Assembly: GCA_963776275.1 (NCBI GenBank)
Contig: CAVZMI010000032.1
Span: 56,359 to 120,358, forward strand
Direction of reading: 5' to 3'
DNA from: Ignavibacteriota bacterium
GTDB lineage: Bacteria > Bacteroidota > Ignavibacteria > UBA10030 > CAVZMI01
Length of the DNA stretch: 64,000 bases
The translations under genes and the position numbers were made by a program. Below, one piece after another: positions 53,960 through 63,705 of this stretch (within the stretch, counting starts at the first letter, position 1; each line of letters opens with the position of its first letter). Below the pieces are notes generated by a model. That model saw nothing but the letters and a program-made list of their open reading frames with translations, was not told the DNA's origin and did no database searches.

Positions 53960-55255
53960 TTATGGAGTCAGTCTGTAAATCATTCGGGGAAACGGGATTG
54001 TCTCACGGACATGTTCAAGACCGCATATCCATCCTACCGTCCGCTCGACTCCAAGTCCGAATCCTGAGTGCGGGACGGATCCATACCGCCGGAGATCCAG
54101 GTACCAGTCAAACGCTCCAGCAGGCAGCTGATTTTCTTGAATACGACGGACAAGTGTATCATAATCATCTTCGCGCTGACTCCCGCCGATAATCTCCCCA
54201 TACCCTTCCGGAGCCAGGACATCCACGGCAAGCGCATACCGCTCGTCGTTAGGATCGCGCTTCATATAAAACGCTTTTATGCCGACAGGATAATGATCGA
54301 CCATTACAGGCCGGTCGAATTGCTCGGAAATAATCGTTTCATCCGTACCGCCAAAATCGTTCCCCCACTCAAACTGCACTCCATGCTTACGAAGAATCTC
54401 AACGGCTTCTTCATAATGGATACGTGGTAAGGGCTTCCTGACGTTCTCAAGAAATTTTGTGTTTCGCTCAAGCACAGCAAGTTCTGGTTGCCGATTACGC
54501 ATTACGGACCCGACGATATGTTCAAGAAATTCTTCGGCCAGCTCCATGTTGTCATTCAAATCGTTGAATGCGACCTCCGGTTCAACCATCCAGAATTCTG
54601 TCAGATGCCGCCTGGTCTTCGATTTCTCGGCACGAAATGTCGGTCCAAAAACATAGATCTTCCCGAACGCCATTGCTGCTGCTTCACCGTAGAGCTGACC
54701 GGATTGTGTCAGGTACGCTTTCCCGAGATCGAAATATTCCGTCTCAAATAAAGTGCTTGTCCCTTCACATGCCGCCGGTGTGAAAATCGGAGCATCTATC
54801 AGGAGAAATCCACGGCCGTCAAAAAATTCTCTGATCGATTGTATAATTGTATGCCTGATACGCATTATCGCATGCTGTCGGGATGACCGCAGCCATAAAT
54901 GTCGGCGATCTGCCAGGAATTCAATACCATGCTCTTTTGGCGTTATGGGATACTCACCGGCGATATGAATTACTTTTACTTCGCTGACATCAAGTTCATA
55001 TCCACCCGGTGCACGGTCTTCCTTCCTTACCTTTCCCATCATCACGAAAGAACTTTCCTGCGTCAACTGGTCGAAGATGTTAAATATTTCTTCCGTAACA
55101 TTCGCCTTTACAACCACCCCCTGAACAACGCCGGTTCCGTCACGAAGGAGTAAGAACCGAACTTTCCCGCTCGAACGTTTATGATATAACCAGCCCCGAA
55201 GAGTCACTTCTTCGCCTACATGGTGTGCAAGGTCTTCAATATAGATTCGGCTCAT
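53960..55255 (-). CDS. asnS: Asparagine--tRNA ligase
   Basis: [35 protein letters not shown] and GFGLGVER motifs. Confidence 0.95.
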   Translation of the reverse strand: MSRIYIEDLAHHVGEEVTLRGWLYHKRSSGKVRFLLLRDGTGVVQGVVVKANVTEEIFNIFDQLTQESSFVMMGKVRKEDRAPGGYELDVSEVKVIHIAGEYPITPKEHGIEFLADRRHLWLRSSRQHAIMRIRHTIIQSIREFFDGRGFLLIDAPIFTPAACEGTSTLFETEYFDLGKAYLTQSGQLYGEAAAMAFGKIYVFGPTFRAEKSKTRRHLTEFWMVEPEVAFNDLNDNMELAEEFLEHIVGSVMRNRQPELAVLERNTKFLENVRKPLPRIHYEEAVEILRKHGVQFEWGNDFGGTDETIISEQFDRPVMVDHYPVGIKAFYMKRDPNDERYALAVDVLAPEGYGEIIGGSQREDDYDTLVRRIQENQLPAGAFDWYLDLRRYGSVPHSGFGLGVERTVGWICGLEHVRETIPFPRMIYRLTP

Positions 55256-55357
55256 CTGTTCCCTTCGTCATGCTAATATTTATAAATATAGAAAGAAAAA
55301 AGGAGACCTTCAATAAAAAAGACTTCGTAACTCCTTATCATCACTCTGTCCAGGAAT

Positions 55358-55386
55358 TTGACATTTCATTAAAAAACAATTATAAT
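55358..55386 (+). promoter_or_regulatory. Perfect consensus sigma70 promoter
   Basis: TTGACA-N17-TATAAT upstream of the 55543 lipoprotein gene. Confidence 0.8.
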
Positions 55387-55542
55387 CGGTTGCCAGGGCG
55401 TATGCACTCAGGGAATCTTCATGAAGTTTTTCGATCCTTCCAGTGCTACTCTGACCATGTGTTTCTTCTCTCAGCTATCGTCGTCTCACAAAGTGCCGTC
55501 AGCTATCTCATATGGCTTGTGCCACAATAGAGGAATCAGATC

Positions 55543-56139
55543 ATGAAAAAGATAATTGATTTTCTTTCGATCATCTTCATATTGACGATTGCAGTTATAA
55601 GCTGTAAAGACGATTCGACAGGTCCGAATCGTGTAAGCTGCGGTGGTGGCGAAGGATACACTGTCGAATTCTGCCGTCAAGTCCCACATTACACGGCAGG
55701 TTATGGAGATCCGAGATTTGATCAGATCACCGCAAATTGTCTGGTAGGCCCTGAAGGAGCGACGGTTTCGAATAGTCAGAACGGCACGTACCATTGTTCC
55801 GGCACGTATAAATTAACCACGTTTTCGAATGCCGTGATTTCCTTGAATTGGGGAGGCACAACAACATTCGATGAAATGCCTCAAAATTATACCATATCAT
55901 CAAAGGGACAGGGCACTTTTTCCGTAAGCATCTCTAAAAAATCAGGCGGTGAAGGAAATATGTTCCTGAGTATGTCGAGCGGATCTTCGTGGATGTTCGA
56001 TATCGTCCTGGTCAACGTCGACTGTAATTCAGCGTCACCAAAAATAAAGAGAGTGCCGGCGGGCGAAACTGGCTCTCAAGAAAAATCTTCGTCCGCTTTA
56101 AAAAAAGTAATGCCTGCAAAATATATTCAGGGTGACTAG
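55543..56139 (+). CDS. Hypothetical lipoprotein
   Basis: Lipobox VISC-KDD; GAGG RBS. Confidence 0.7.
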   Translation: MKKIIDFLSIIFILTIAVISCKDDSTGPNRVSCGGGEGYTVEFCRQVPHYTAGYGDPRFDQITANCLVGPEGATVSNSQNGTYHCSGTYKLTTFSNAVISLNWGGTTTFDEMPQNYTISSKGQGTFSVSISKKSGGEGNMFLSMSSGSSWMFDIVLVNVDCNSASPKIKRVPAGETGSQEKSSSALKKVMPAKYIQGD

Positions 56140-56195
56140 AGATCCATTGCTGACGATCTTGAAACGCAATCCGCCCAGTCGCTATTTAAACTCTT

Positions 56196-56998
56196 CTACC
56201 TCAGCGGTCTTCCGGCATCTACCATCCGGTAGATATTCCGTATAAAGAAAGCTATCAAGGGATACCGTAGAAGAACCGATGATAATTTGTATACCATCCC
56301 TGGAATACTCACCACCTTTCCCTTCTCCAGATCGGCGAGTGAACAGCGGACGACCCGATCGGCTTTCAACCAGAACAATCGCGGGATATCCGAGCGGGCA
56401 TCGATTCCGGCATATTCGGATGTATCATGAAATTCGGTAAATGTGAAACCCGGACAGAGTACCTGGGCAGCTTTATACCGGTCTTGCGGAGTTCTTCGTG
56501 CAGCGCTTCTGTAAAAACAACCAGGAATATTTTTCCGGCACAATAGACGGAATTCCTCGGTGACGGGAAAAAGGCCGCAACAGAAGCGACGTTAATAATC
56601 GCACCTTGATCCCTTGCGATCATTGAAGGAAGAACCAGCCGGCTGAGTCTGACCGGCGCATCGACGTGCACTCGAATCATTGCATTGTGCTTTGCACTAT
56701 CGACATCCGTAAATCGGCCGACAGTCGCAAAACCGGCATTATTTACCAACATATCAATAGGCTGAGATTGAAGTATCTTTTGTTCAAGTCGGATGAAATC
56801 TTTTTCGTCCGCTAAATCAGTTTTGAACACTTCAACCGTAATCGGATATTTTTGCATCAGTGTTGAAGCGATTGTCTTAAGTCTTTCTTCTCGACGAGCA
56901 ACAAGAAGAAGGTTGTATCCTTTTGCGGCTAGCTGCTGCGCGAACTCGGCACCGAGTCCACTTGAGGCGCCTGTAATGAGGGCTGTTTTAGTGGCCAT
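56196..56998 (-). CDS. SDR family oxidoreductase (frameshift at ~56467)
   Basis: TGASSGLG, NNAG and YCAGK in one frame; QVLCPGFTFTEFH in another. Confidence 0.85.
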
Positions 56999-57023
56999 AG
57001 ATATATTTGGGGTTAAAGGTTGA

Positions 57024-57094
57024 CCCTTCGACTCCCCCTCGATTCGCACTTCCCGAAAAACGGGAAGTACTCGCTCGGGGTCGCTCAGGGCGAG
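57024..57094. repeat. Nested hairpin mini-elements inside AGGTT heptamer repeats
   Basis: CCCTTCGACTC[CCCCTCGATTCG CACTTCCC..GGGAAGTA CTCGCTCGGGGTC]GCTCAGGG-CGAG. Confidence 0.7.
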
Positions 57095-57171
57095 GGTTCC
57101 AGGTTTAAGGTTTCAAGATAAAAATATACTAAAAAAAGGGAAGCTACTCCAGAAATGATTCTAATAATTTT

Positions 57172-57567
57172 TTAATCCTGTGTCGATGAGGAAACTGTAA
57201 TTTCCGGCGGATTGTGCAGGTGTTTTTTAACTGCGCACAGCTCTGCAGCATTGATCACCGCGGATCGATATTTTTCCGGAAAATCTGCCGGCAATTGGAT
57301 ATCCAGACCGATTTTCGACACCATGCGTTTTGCTGGATCGACTTCCATTGTCTGCACGAGTTTAATGTTATCCGTGGGAATGCCCCGCTGAGCACAAAAT
57401 GATTTCACATAGATCCCCGCGCAGGTGCCGATCGAAGCCAGAAAAAGATCAAAAGGCGGTGGCGCCGAATTATCGCCGGTGGGTTGCGGTTGATCGGTTG
57501 TAATAACATGGCCATTATAGTGAGCCTTTACTGTTGCTTTTCCTTCGAGCGTAACGATCAAATCCAT
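57172..57567 (-). CDS. OsmC family protein
   Basis: TDQP, PFDLFLASIGTCAG and CAVKKHL motifs. Confidence 0.9.
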   Translation of the reverse strand: MDLIVTLEGKATVKAHYNGHVITTDQPQPTGDNSAPPPFDLFLASIGTCAGIYVKSFCAQRGIPTDNIKLVQTMEVDPAKRMVSKIGLDIQLPADFPEKYRSAVINAAELCAVKKHLHNPPEITVSSSTQD

Positions 57568-57661
57568 TGTCTATTTTTCCTTTGTTATTAGAATTCGTTT
57601 TTATTATATGATGCACTCCATGTCGAAAAGATTCACACATCATCGACAATGAAACAGACAG

Positions 57662-57702
57662 AAAAAACCAGCCTCCCGATTCAATCACTGGGAGGCTGGT
57701 TT
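57662..57702 (-). terminator. Intrinsic terminator after peroxiredoxin
   Basis: AAACCAGCCTCCC...GGGAGGCTGGTTT hairpin with flanking A-run. Confidence 0.85.
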
Positions 57703-57715
57703 CACAGCTGTTGCT

Positions 57716-58431
57716 CTATTTCTTCAGGATCGTACTAAGAACCTTTTCCTTGTCGATCTTCTTCGTGCAGAAGAACCAGTCGTAGCATTTTACATCTTCC
57801 TGTTTACTCTCCATGCGTTCTTTTGCAACACCACACGACCCAGCAGTAGGTACAATGACATCGTCTCCCGGACGCCAATCGGCCGGAGTGGCAACTGAAA
57901 ACGCATCGGCAGTCTGAAGTGCAACGACAACCCGATAGAGCTCGTCGAAATTACGTCCGAGACTGAGCGGATAGTAGATGATAGTCCGTATAATTCCTTT
58001 CGGATCAATGACGAACACAGCACGAACGGCTTTCGTGGAACTCTCACCCGGCTGGATCATGCCGTACTTCTTCGCAACTTCCATCGTGATGTCTTCAATC
58101 AAGGGAAATTTTACTTCGACGTTCTTTCATTCCCTTGTATTCGATCTTTTCTTTGATGGTTCTCAGCCATGCGATATGGCTGTATAATCCATCAACAGAT
58201 AGACCGACTAAGTTTGCAATTTGCTTGCGCAAACTTGTCTTCCATAGATGCAAAGGTCATGAATTCAGATGTGCAGACCGGTGTAAAATCTGCCGGATGG
58301 CTGAAGAGAATAACCCAACTTCCGGAATATTGTTCAGGGAAATTAATTTCTCCCTGTGTTGTAACTGCCTTAAATGCAGGGGCTTTATCGCCGATGCGCG
58401 GCATGGAGATAGGTTGAATGGTTGTTTCCAT
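57716..58431 (-). CDS. Peroxiredoxin (Prx6/archaeal-type), two apparent +1 frameshifts (~58210, ~58127)
   Basis: FSHPADFTPVCTSE, VRAVFVIDP, GRNFDE and CYDWFFC motifs spread over three frames. Confidence 0.9.
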
Positions 58432-58473
58432 AGTGGATCTCCTTGCTGTTATATTGTATAATTTCGGATTATC

Positions 58474-58931
58474 TTATTTCCGTCGCCAACCGCTCCAAAC
58501 AGGAACACCATTTTATCCCGAAGTACCAATATCTCTTCTCCCTTTTTCACTTCGGCAGCGATTATAGCAGGCTTGCCTTCAAATGTGATTCGTGAACCTT
58601 TGATCTCTACCTTATCTTTCAGTTCAATCTTGACATCCTGGTTTTCAAGATACCATCCGGGTCCGAGGTGGATAGAAATAGTCTCCTTATCGGTTTTAAG
58701 CATCAAATGAATGCCGTAAGACATCCTTTTTGTGGGTGTTATTTTATCGACAGCAATGACTTCACCTATCACAGTCTCCACTGTTTTTGGGTCGTACATT
58801 CTATTGTATTTTGAACCCATTCCCCAACCGCCGCTGCCTCTCCATTTCATTCCACGCTGTGCCATCGATTCTGCTGTAAAAACAACCATGAGAATGGTTA
58901 GCGTTGTAAAGGTGACTCTGACGAGTTTCAT
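58474..58931 (-). CDS. Exported OB-fold (MamS/MamX-domain-like) protein; frameshift near the 3' end
   Basis: Signal peptide, YDPKTVETVIG and HLGPGWYL motifs; adding one A gives LRDKNGVPVWSGWRRK*. Confidence 0.65.
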
Positions 58932-59200
58932 TTTATTTACTCCTTTCGAATATAATACTTTACTTGCTCTACAGATTCGGTTAATTATAGTATTAGATGC
59001 ATCAATTCCACAAAAAGGTTCTGCCGTTCGGGGCAATCCTTAAATATAAAGTTAGGATTTATTTTCACCGAAAAGTGAATGCGCCGTGAGCCCATGCATA
59101 GCAGACGTTTGAATAGAGAAGCTCGGCGGTTGCAAGGACAACTCTTCCTCACTTACCCGCCATCCGGGCGTATGTGCAACGGAACCGCGCTATAATCATC

Positions 59201-59548
59201 TCAAAGTAACAATATTACTACAGTGGCTGTTAAAAAAATAAGTATTACCAAAGAATAATAAAAAAGACCAATACGCTCGTAAGTTTGTTTCCCGTCTATC
59301 TCTTTTATTTTGAAATCCATCCATGATTTTGTATAGGTATCTGTTTTAATGCGATAAGTAAAATGAAGAATTGTCGCACATACTAGAATAACTAAAATCC
59401 AAATGATGGCTTTGATAATTCCAAAAATGAAATAGATTAATATTAAACCTGCTAAAAGAAGAAATACTTTTGCTTTTTTCCACCACTTTGGCTGTAAAGT
59501 ATGTTTTACAAGGAATTCGATATCGTTTTTTATTTCTTTGCCCACCAT
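59201..59548 (-). CDS. Hypothetical membrane protein
   Basis: 3 TM; HTLQPKWWK and HFTYR.KT...TKSWMDF motifs. Confidence 0.6.
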   Translation of the reverse strand: MVGKEIKNDIEFLVKHTLQPKWWKKAKVFLLLAGLILIYFIFGIIKAIIWILVILVCATILHFTYRIKTDTYTKSWMDFKIKEIDGKQTYERIGLFYYSLVILIFLTATVVILLL

Positions 59549-59551
59549 TAC

Positions 59552-59950
59552 TTATCTTTTAAGTATTCTATGAAGACTCGGGATACTTATTATTACTGAC
59601 AAAACTACCAACAACCAACCATATAACTTCCAGTTGATGCCTGGCAAATAACTCGCAAAAAGAGTCCCAGAACCTATGCCAAACCAAAACAAAAATCTCC
59701 ACAGTATACATACGCCTGGCAGTAGAGGATTCAGCAACTTTTTGACTCTGAGGGTGGTGATAATAAATGACAAGAGAATAAACAACCAGCCATACAACTC
59801 CCAATTGAGACTTTGTAAATAACTCGCTAGAAGAAATCCAAAACCTATACAAAATAAAAGTTTGCAAAATACATATGTGACTAATAGAGATCTCGGCAGC
59901 CTTAAAAGGTTTTCAATATTCTTGGTACGTATTTCAACAAACCAGGTCAT
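59552..59950 (-). CDS. Hypothetical membrane protein with internal duplication
   Basis: Two IG.G.L.ASYL...NW.LYGWL...LS.II units. Confidence 0.6.
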   Translation of the reverse strand: MTWFVEIRTKNIENLLRLPRSLLVTYVFCKLLFCIGFGFLLASYLQSLNWELYGWLFILLSFIITTLRVKKLLNPLLPGVCILWRFLFWFGIGSGTLFASYLPGINWKLYGWLLVVLSVIISIPSLHRILKR

Positions 59951-60015
59951 ATTTTTTCTTTAAACGGAGATCATTCGCTAATCCTCAAGGTTTGCGCCCC
60001 GAAGTGAGCATTACT

Positions 60016-60240
60016 TTATCGAAACAATTTAGTACCTTCTTTGAGTGTATTGAGCGCCAGGTGAATGCATTCATGTTTTAACGTCGGAATCCCCTCGAGA
60101 TAATTCAGAATATCCTGAAAACCGATTTGAGACGCTTCCTTCACGGTCATTCCCTTCACCATTTCTGTTAAAGCCGATGCTGCTGCCTCCAATCCTCTGC
60201 ATCCGATATATTCATAAGTCGCATTACTGATTTTCTGAAC
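60016..60240 (-). pseudogene. 5'-truncated IscU/NifU-N family scaffold remnant (missing from the ORF track)
   Basis: Translates KISNATYEYIGCRGLEAAASALTEMVKGMTVKEA...LEGIPTLKHECIHLALNTLK*; first Cys region and start are absent. Confidence 0.7.
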
Positions 60241-60340
60241 CGATACATCGTTTCTATTTTCTTTTTGAAAGCAGATTTTATTTTGCCGAATTGAAGAGCC
60301 ATATAAAATTATTTATAGAGAATATAATCTTTCAAGGTTT

Positions 60341-62060
60341 TTAAAGAATAAGATTAAGCAATGTACCCGTTAATAGCGCAACTATAATCATAATGGATGT
60401 AGCCTTTAGCGTATCTTTTATCCCTAATTCTCTGATTAAAACCATATAAGTAGCAATACAAGGAAAATAAACCGCTAATATCGTTGAGCCAATTACTAAT
60501 TGCTTGGTAGATAAGATTAAGCGGCCCAAGCATACCCACAGCAACATCTTTTCTTAAAAAACCAACTATTAAAGCAGAAATGGCTTCTTTAGGAAGTCCC
60601 CATAGGCCGGTTAAGACCGGAGTAAAAATATCAGCAAAGAAATCTATAATTTTTAGTGTATAAAGTACATTCACAAAAAGCACACCTAAAAGCACTAAAG
60701 GCAACGCTTCCTTTAAAAATCCGGATAAACGCATCCAAAGTTTTTTAATCACCGCTTGAATTTGAGGTATTCGATAAGGAGGAATTTCAACTAATATCTC
60801 CGGACTCGCTCCTTTTAAGACCCTATTTAAAATTAAACCCTTGATAACTAAAAGCACAAAAAGAGTGAAGAATATAATCGCTACGTATTCACCTCCCCGC
60901 TGCCCAACCAACCCTACAATCATGGCAATTTGCGCCATGCAAGGAATGGCAATTGCCATTAAAGTAGCAGCAATAAATTTCTCGCGCCTTTCTTCTAAAA
61001 GCCGAGTGGCTAATGCTCCCGGGAACATTACATCCTAAACCTAAAATAAAAGGAATGATTGCATATCCGTGCAAGCCCTAAATGATGCATAAAATTATCT
61101 GCTAAAACTGCCAAACGAGGAAGATATCCAAAATCTTCTAAAATCCCTAAGACCAGATAAAAACTAACTATATAAGGTAATACCATACCAATAGGCACAA
61201 AAAGTCCGGTAGTTAACAAACCAAAAGATTGACCAAAATCTATTTTGCCTTCGATAAGATTGCCGATAAGAATATGATGTAAAAAAGTTTCCTCACCTAG
61301 AAATGTGCTTAGATTTCATCATCAAGGGCAACCAAAGATTTTTAAACAAAGGCTCAAATATATACCCAATAAGACTTTCTCCGATAAAACGAATTACCCA
61401 AAAGGCACAATATATAATACACAGAGCAATTGGCAGACCGGTAAGAGGTCTAATACTTAAATCTTCTAGTCTTTCTAAAAATGTGTGGTGGCGGTGAGTT
61501 AATTTCTGAGCTTCTTCCACAATTTTTCCTATTTTTTCCCATCTGTCACCATCAGAAGAGACAGGCACCTTTCCCGCCTTTGCCTCCGGTATGCGATCAA
61601 TTAATTCCTTTATACCTTCACCGGTCAAACCGCAAGTATGAACTACCGGCACGCCCAATTGCTCTTCTAACTTTTTGACATCAATATGGATGCCCCGATG
61701 CTTGGTGTCATCCCAAATATTTAAAGCAACAATTACAGGAATATTTTTCTCTAGTAATTCGAGTGTCAAATAAAGATTTCTCTCTAAATTTGTAGCATCC
61801 ACAATATTGATAACTACATCACCTTCTTTTAACATCCGGACAGCCACTTCTTCGGCTTCGCAGGTTGGCTCTAAGGTATATGTTCCGGGAACATCTATAA
61901 TCATTACCTTTTTATCACCAAGTTTCATTTGGCCTTGGCTAAATTCTACTGTTGTTCCCGGATAGTTAGAGATTATTACTTTTACTCCAGTAAGCCTGGA
62001 AAAGATTGTGCTTTTGCCAACATTAGGATTACCTACAAGTAAAATCTTCTCTATTTGCAT
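60341..62060 (-). CDS. feoB: Ferrous iron transporter FeoB (four apparent frameshifts)
   Basis: GNPNVGKS, NYPGTTVE, DVPGTY, LEDFGYLPR, LGLGCNVP, EIPPYR and YFPCIAT motifs across consecutive frames. Confidence 0.9.
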
Positions 62061-62290
62061 TTTTCTATCTCAACAAATATTTTTTTTGCAATTCCAAATC
62101 CAACAGCAACCTGCATATTGTCTATCGCTATGGTTTGTGGACCGTGCCAGAAATGAGAACTTACCTTAGTTATTTTCTTGCCAGGCCTCACTCCTATACT
62201 TTGTAGTTTTCTTATAAGACCGTGACCGCCCTGAATCTCTTTTACTATGCCGGTTTCTCCTGGCTGCATTTGAGTTAAATCAACAATCAT
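62051..62290 (-). CDS. feoA: Ferrous iron transport protein FeoA
   Basis: LTQMQPGETG...KLQSIGVRPG...AVGFGIAKKIFV. Confidence 0.9.
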   Translation of the reverse strand: MIVDLTQMQPGETGIVKEIQGGHGLIRKLQSIGVRPGKKITKVSSHFWHGPQTIAIDNMQVAVGFGIAKKIFVEIEKCK

Positions 62291-62393
62291 TTTCGATACC
62301 TTAATAATTTGTAAAGAACACCTGTGTAAGAACAAACATATTCTTCTCCTTCTCGTATTCAATCCCGGTACAGGGACTATCCTGTCTTTTTGT

Positions 62394-62414
62394 TATCGGG
62401 AACCATTACCATTT
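62394..62414 (-). promoter_or_regulatory. Degenerate second Fur-family box upstream of feoA
   Basis: AAATGGTAATGGTTCCCGAT resembles the perfect palindrome at 62922. Confidence 0.5.
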
Positions 62415-62434
62415 AGTAAGAAAAAAAATATCGA

Positions 62435-62908
62435 TCATTCCTTTTTGCTGCATTCTCCGCATAGACCGTAGAATTGAAAAAGATGATTTGTAATCTTAAA
62501 ATTATACTTTTTCGAAAGTCCCTTTTCTGTCTGGTGAAGAAGATCCAGCTCTTCATCGATAAAATCGGTATAATCAACCACACGGTTACATTCAGTACAT
62601 ATTAAATGATGGTGATGGTTTGCTCCCTTTTGTCCCACAGCCAGTTCATAACGTGCTCTCCTGTCACCAAAATCAAACTTGAAGACAAGTCCATGATTTT
62701 CTAATATATCCAGAGTTCTATAAATAGTCGTAAATCCGATGTTAGGGTTTTCTGGATGGACTTTCATATAGATGTCTTCGGCACTGAGGTGCCCTTCGGT
62801 TCTTGACAGAACCTTGATGATAGCTTTCCGCCCCTCTGTTAACCGATAACCGTAGCCTCGAAATTTTCCATGCCACCATGGTTGATTATAACGCCCTTTT
62901 CTTTGCAT
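62435..62908 (-). CDS. fur: Fur family transcriptional repressor
   Basis: HLSAEDIY, TIYRTL, HHHHLICTEC and GLCGEC motifs. Confidence 0.9.
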   Translation of the reverse strand: MQRKGRYNQPWWHGKFRGYGYRLTEGRKAIIKVLSRTEGHLSAEDIYMKVHPENPNIGFTTIYRTLDILENHGLVFKFDFGDRRARYELAVGQKGANHHHHLICTECNRVVDYTDFIDEELDLLHQTEKGLSKKYNFKITNHLFQFYGLCGECSKKE

Positions 62909-62921
62909 GTCCGCTTCTCCT

Positions 62922-62942
62922 AAATGGAAATGATTTCCATTT
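62922..62942. promoter_or_regulatory. Fur-family operator (perfect 10-1-10 palindrome)
   Basis: AAATGGAAAT-G-ATTTCCATTT between the -10 box and RBS of fur. Confidence 0.8.
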
Positions 62943-62944
62943 CT

Positions 62945-62973
62945 AATATATGGTAATCTTTGGTATTTGTCAA
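62945..62973 (-). promoter_or_regulatory. sigma70 promoter of fur-feoAB
   Basis: TTGACA-N17-TATATT. Confidence 0.75.
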
Positions 62974-63249
62974 CTGTTTTTTCTCACGCCTCCAATAGAG
63001 TTCTTTGCCTTTGAAAGGTCCGGAATACACCCGCATTTCACGTATTCACACTCCCCGGCGTCTTTCGATTGCCGGCGTATACACTCCGAACATCATCGTT
63101 GCCTACCGAAGCCATACCTGAGCCCGCCATTCACATTTCATTCCGACAGTCTAAATTAAATGCCGGGAAGATCGTTAATCTCACGTATTCTAGTTTCTTG
63201 TAAATCAATAATTCTTGACATTGAAAAGGAGTTTGATTATATATATCTC

Positions 63250-63555
63250 ATGAAAAACAGGTTCTTTAAATTTGAACATTCGATAATAATTGTTGCTCCA
63301 TTCCTGTTGCTTTCGCTGTTCCTCTCGAGCATTATTCTTACATCTTTTCATGAACACCACTGTGACGGAACATCGGACGATTGCGCTATTTGCAGGTTTC
63401 AGACTTCCTCGTTCACAATGCCCGCGACGCCTGTATCAGCCGGCGCTCTTTTTCAGCGGCCGCTTCCCGAACGTGCACTCACTCTCAACGACAACGCCAC
63501 CGATCCGTCCCAGAAGCTCGTTTGCTCTTCTCACGCACCGCCGCAATACTCCTAA
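63250..63555 (+). CDS. DUF2946/CruR-like small protein (TM, His-rich, CxxC, C-terminal HAPP)
   Basis: Hydrophobic segment, HEHHCDG, CAIC, SHAPPQYS*; TTGACA at 63215. Confidence 0.65.
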   Translation: MKNRFFKFEHSIIIVAPFLLLSLFLSSIILTSFHEHHCDGTSDDCAICRFQTSSFTMPATPVSAGALFQRPLPERALTLNDNATDPSQKLVCSSHAPPQYS

Positions 63556-63705
63556 TTTCAGAAGTAAAACTATAACGCCATGAATGACCTTCCTTATTGA
63601 GAAGGTTCATCGTTTTCGCGTTTTATCCTTTGATAAAACCAAGTAACGTTCATGTTCATTATGTGGTCGCCATATCAATTTAGATGGACTTTAATAGGAG
63701 TATCT

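Noticed and set aside
46432-62060. Programmed frameshifting or mass pseudogenisation (nuoM, ABC permease, SDR, peroxiredoxin, feoB)
   Set aside because: The lesions are 1-2-base indels, many in homopolymers or GGWCC sites, in otherwise intact conserved genes. No consistent slippery-site architecture is evident, so long-read consensus error is more likely.
58474-62290. Magnetosome island (MamS/MamX-like domain near feoAB)
   Set aside because: No mamA/B/K/M/Q-type genes or CxxCH magnetochrome motifs. This domain and feoAB are common in non-magnetotactic bacteria.
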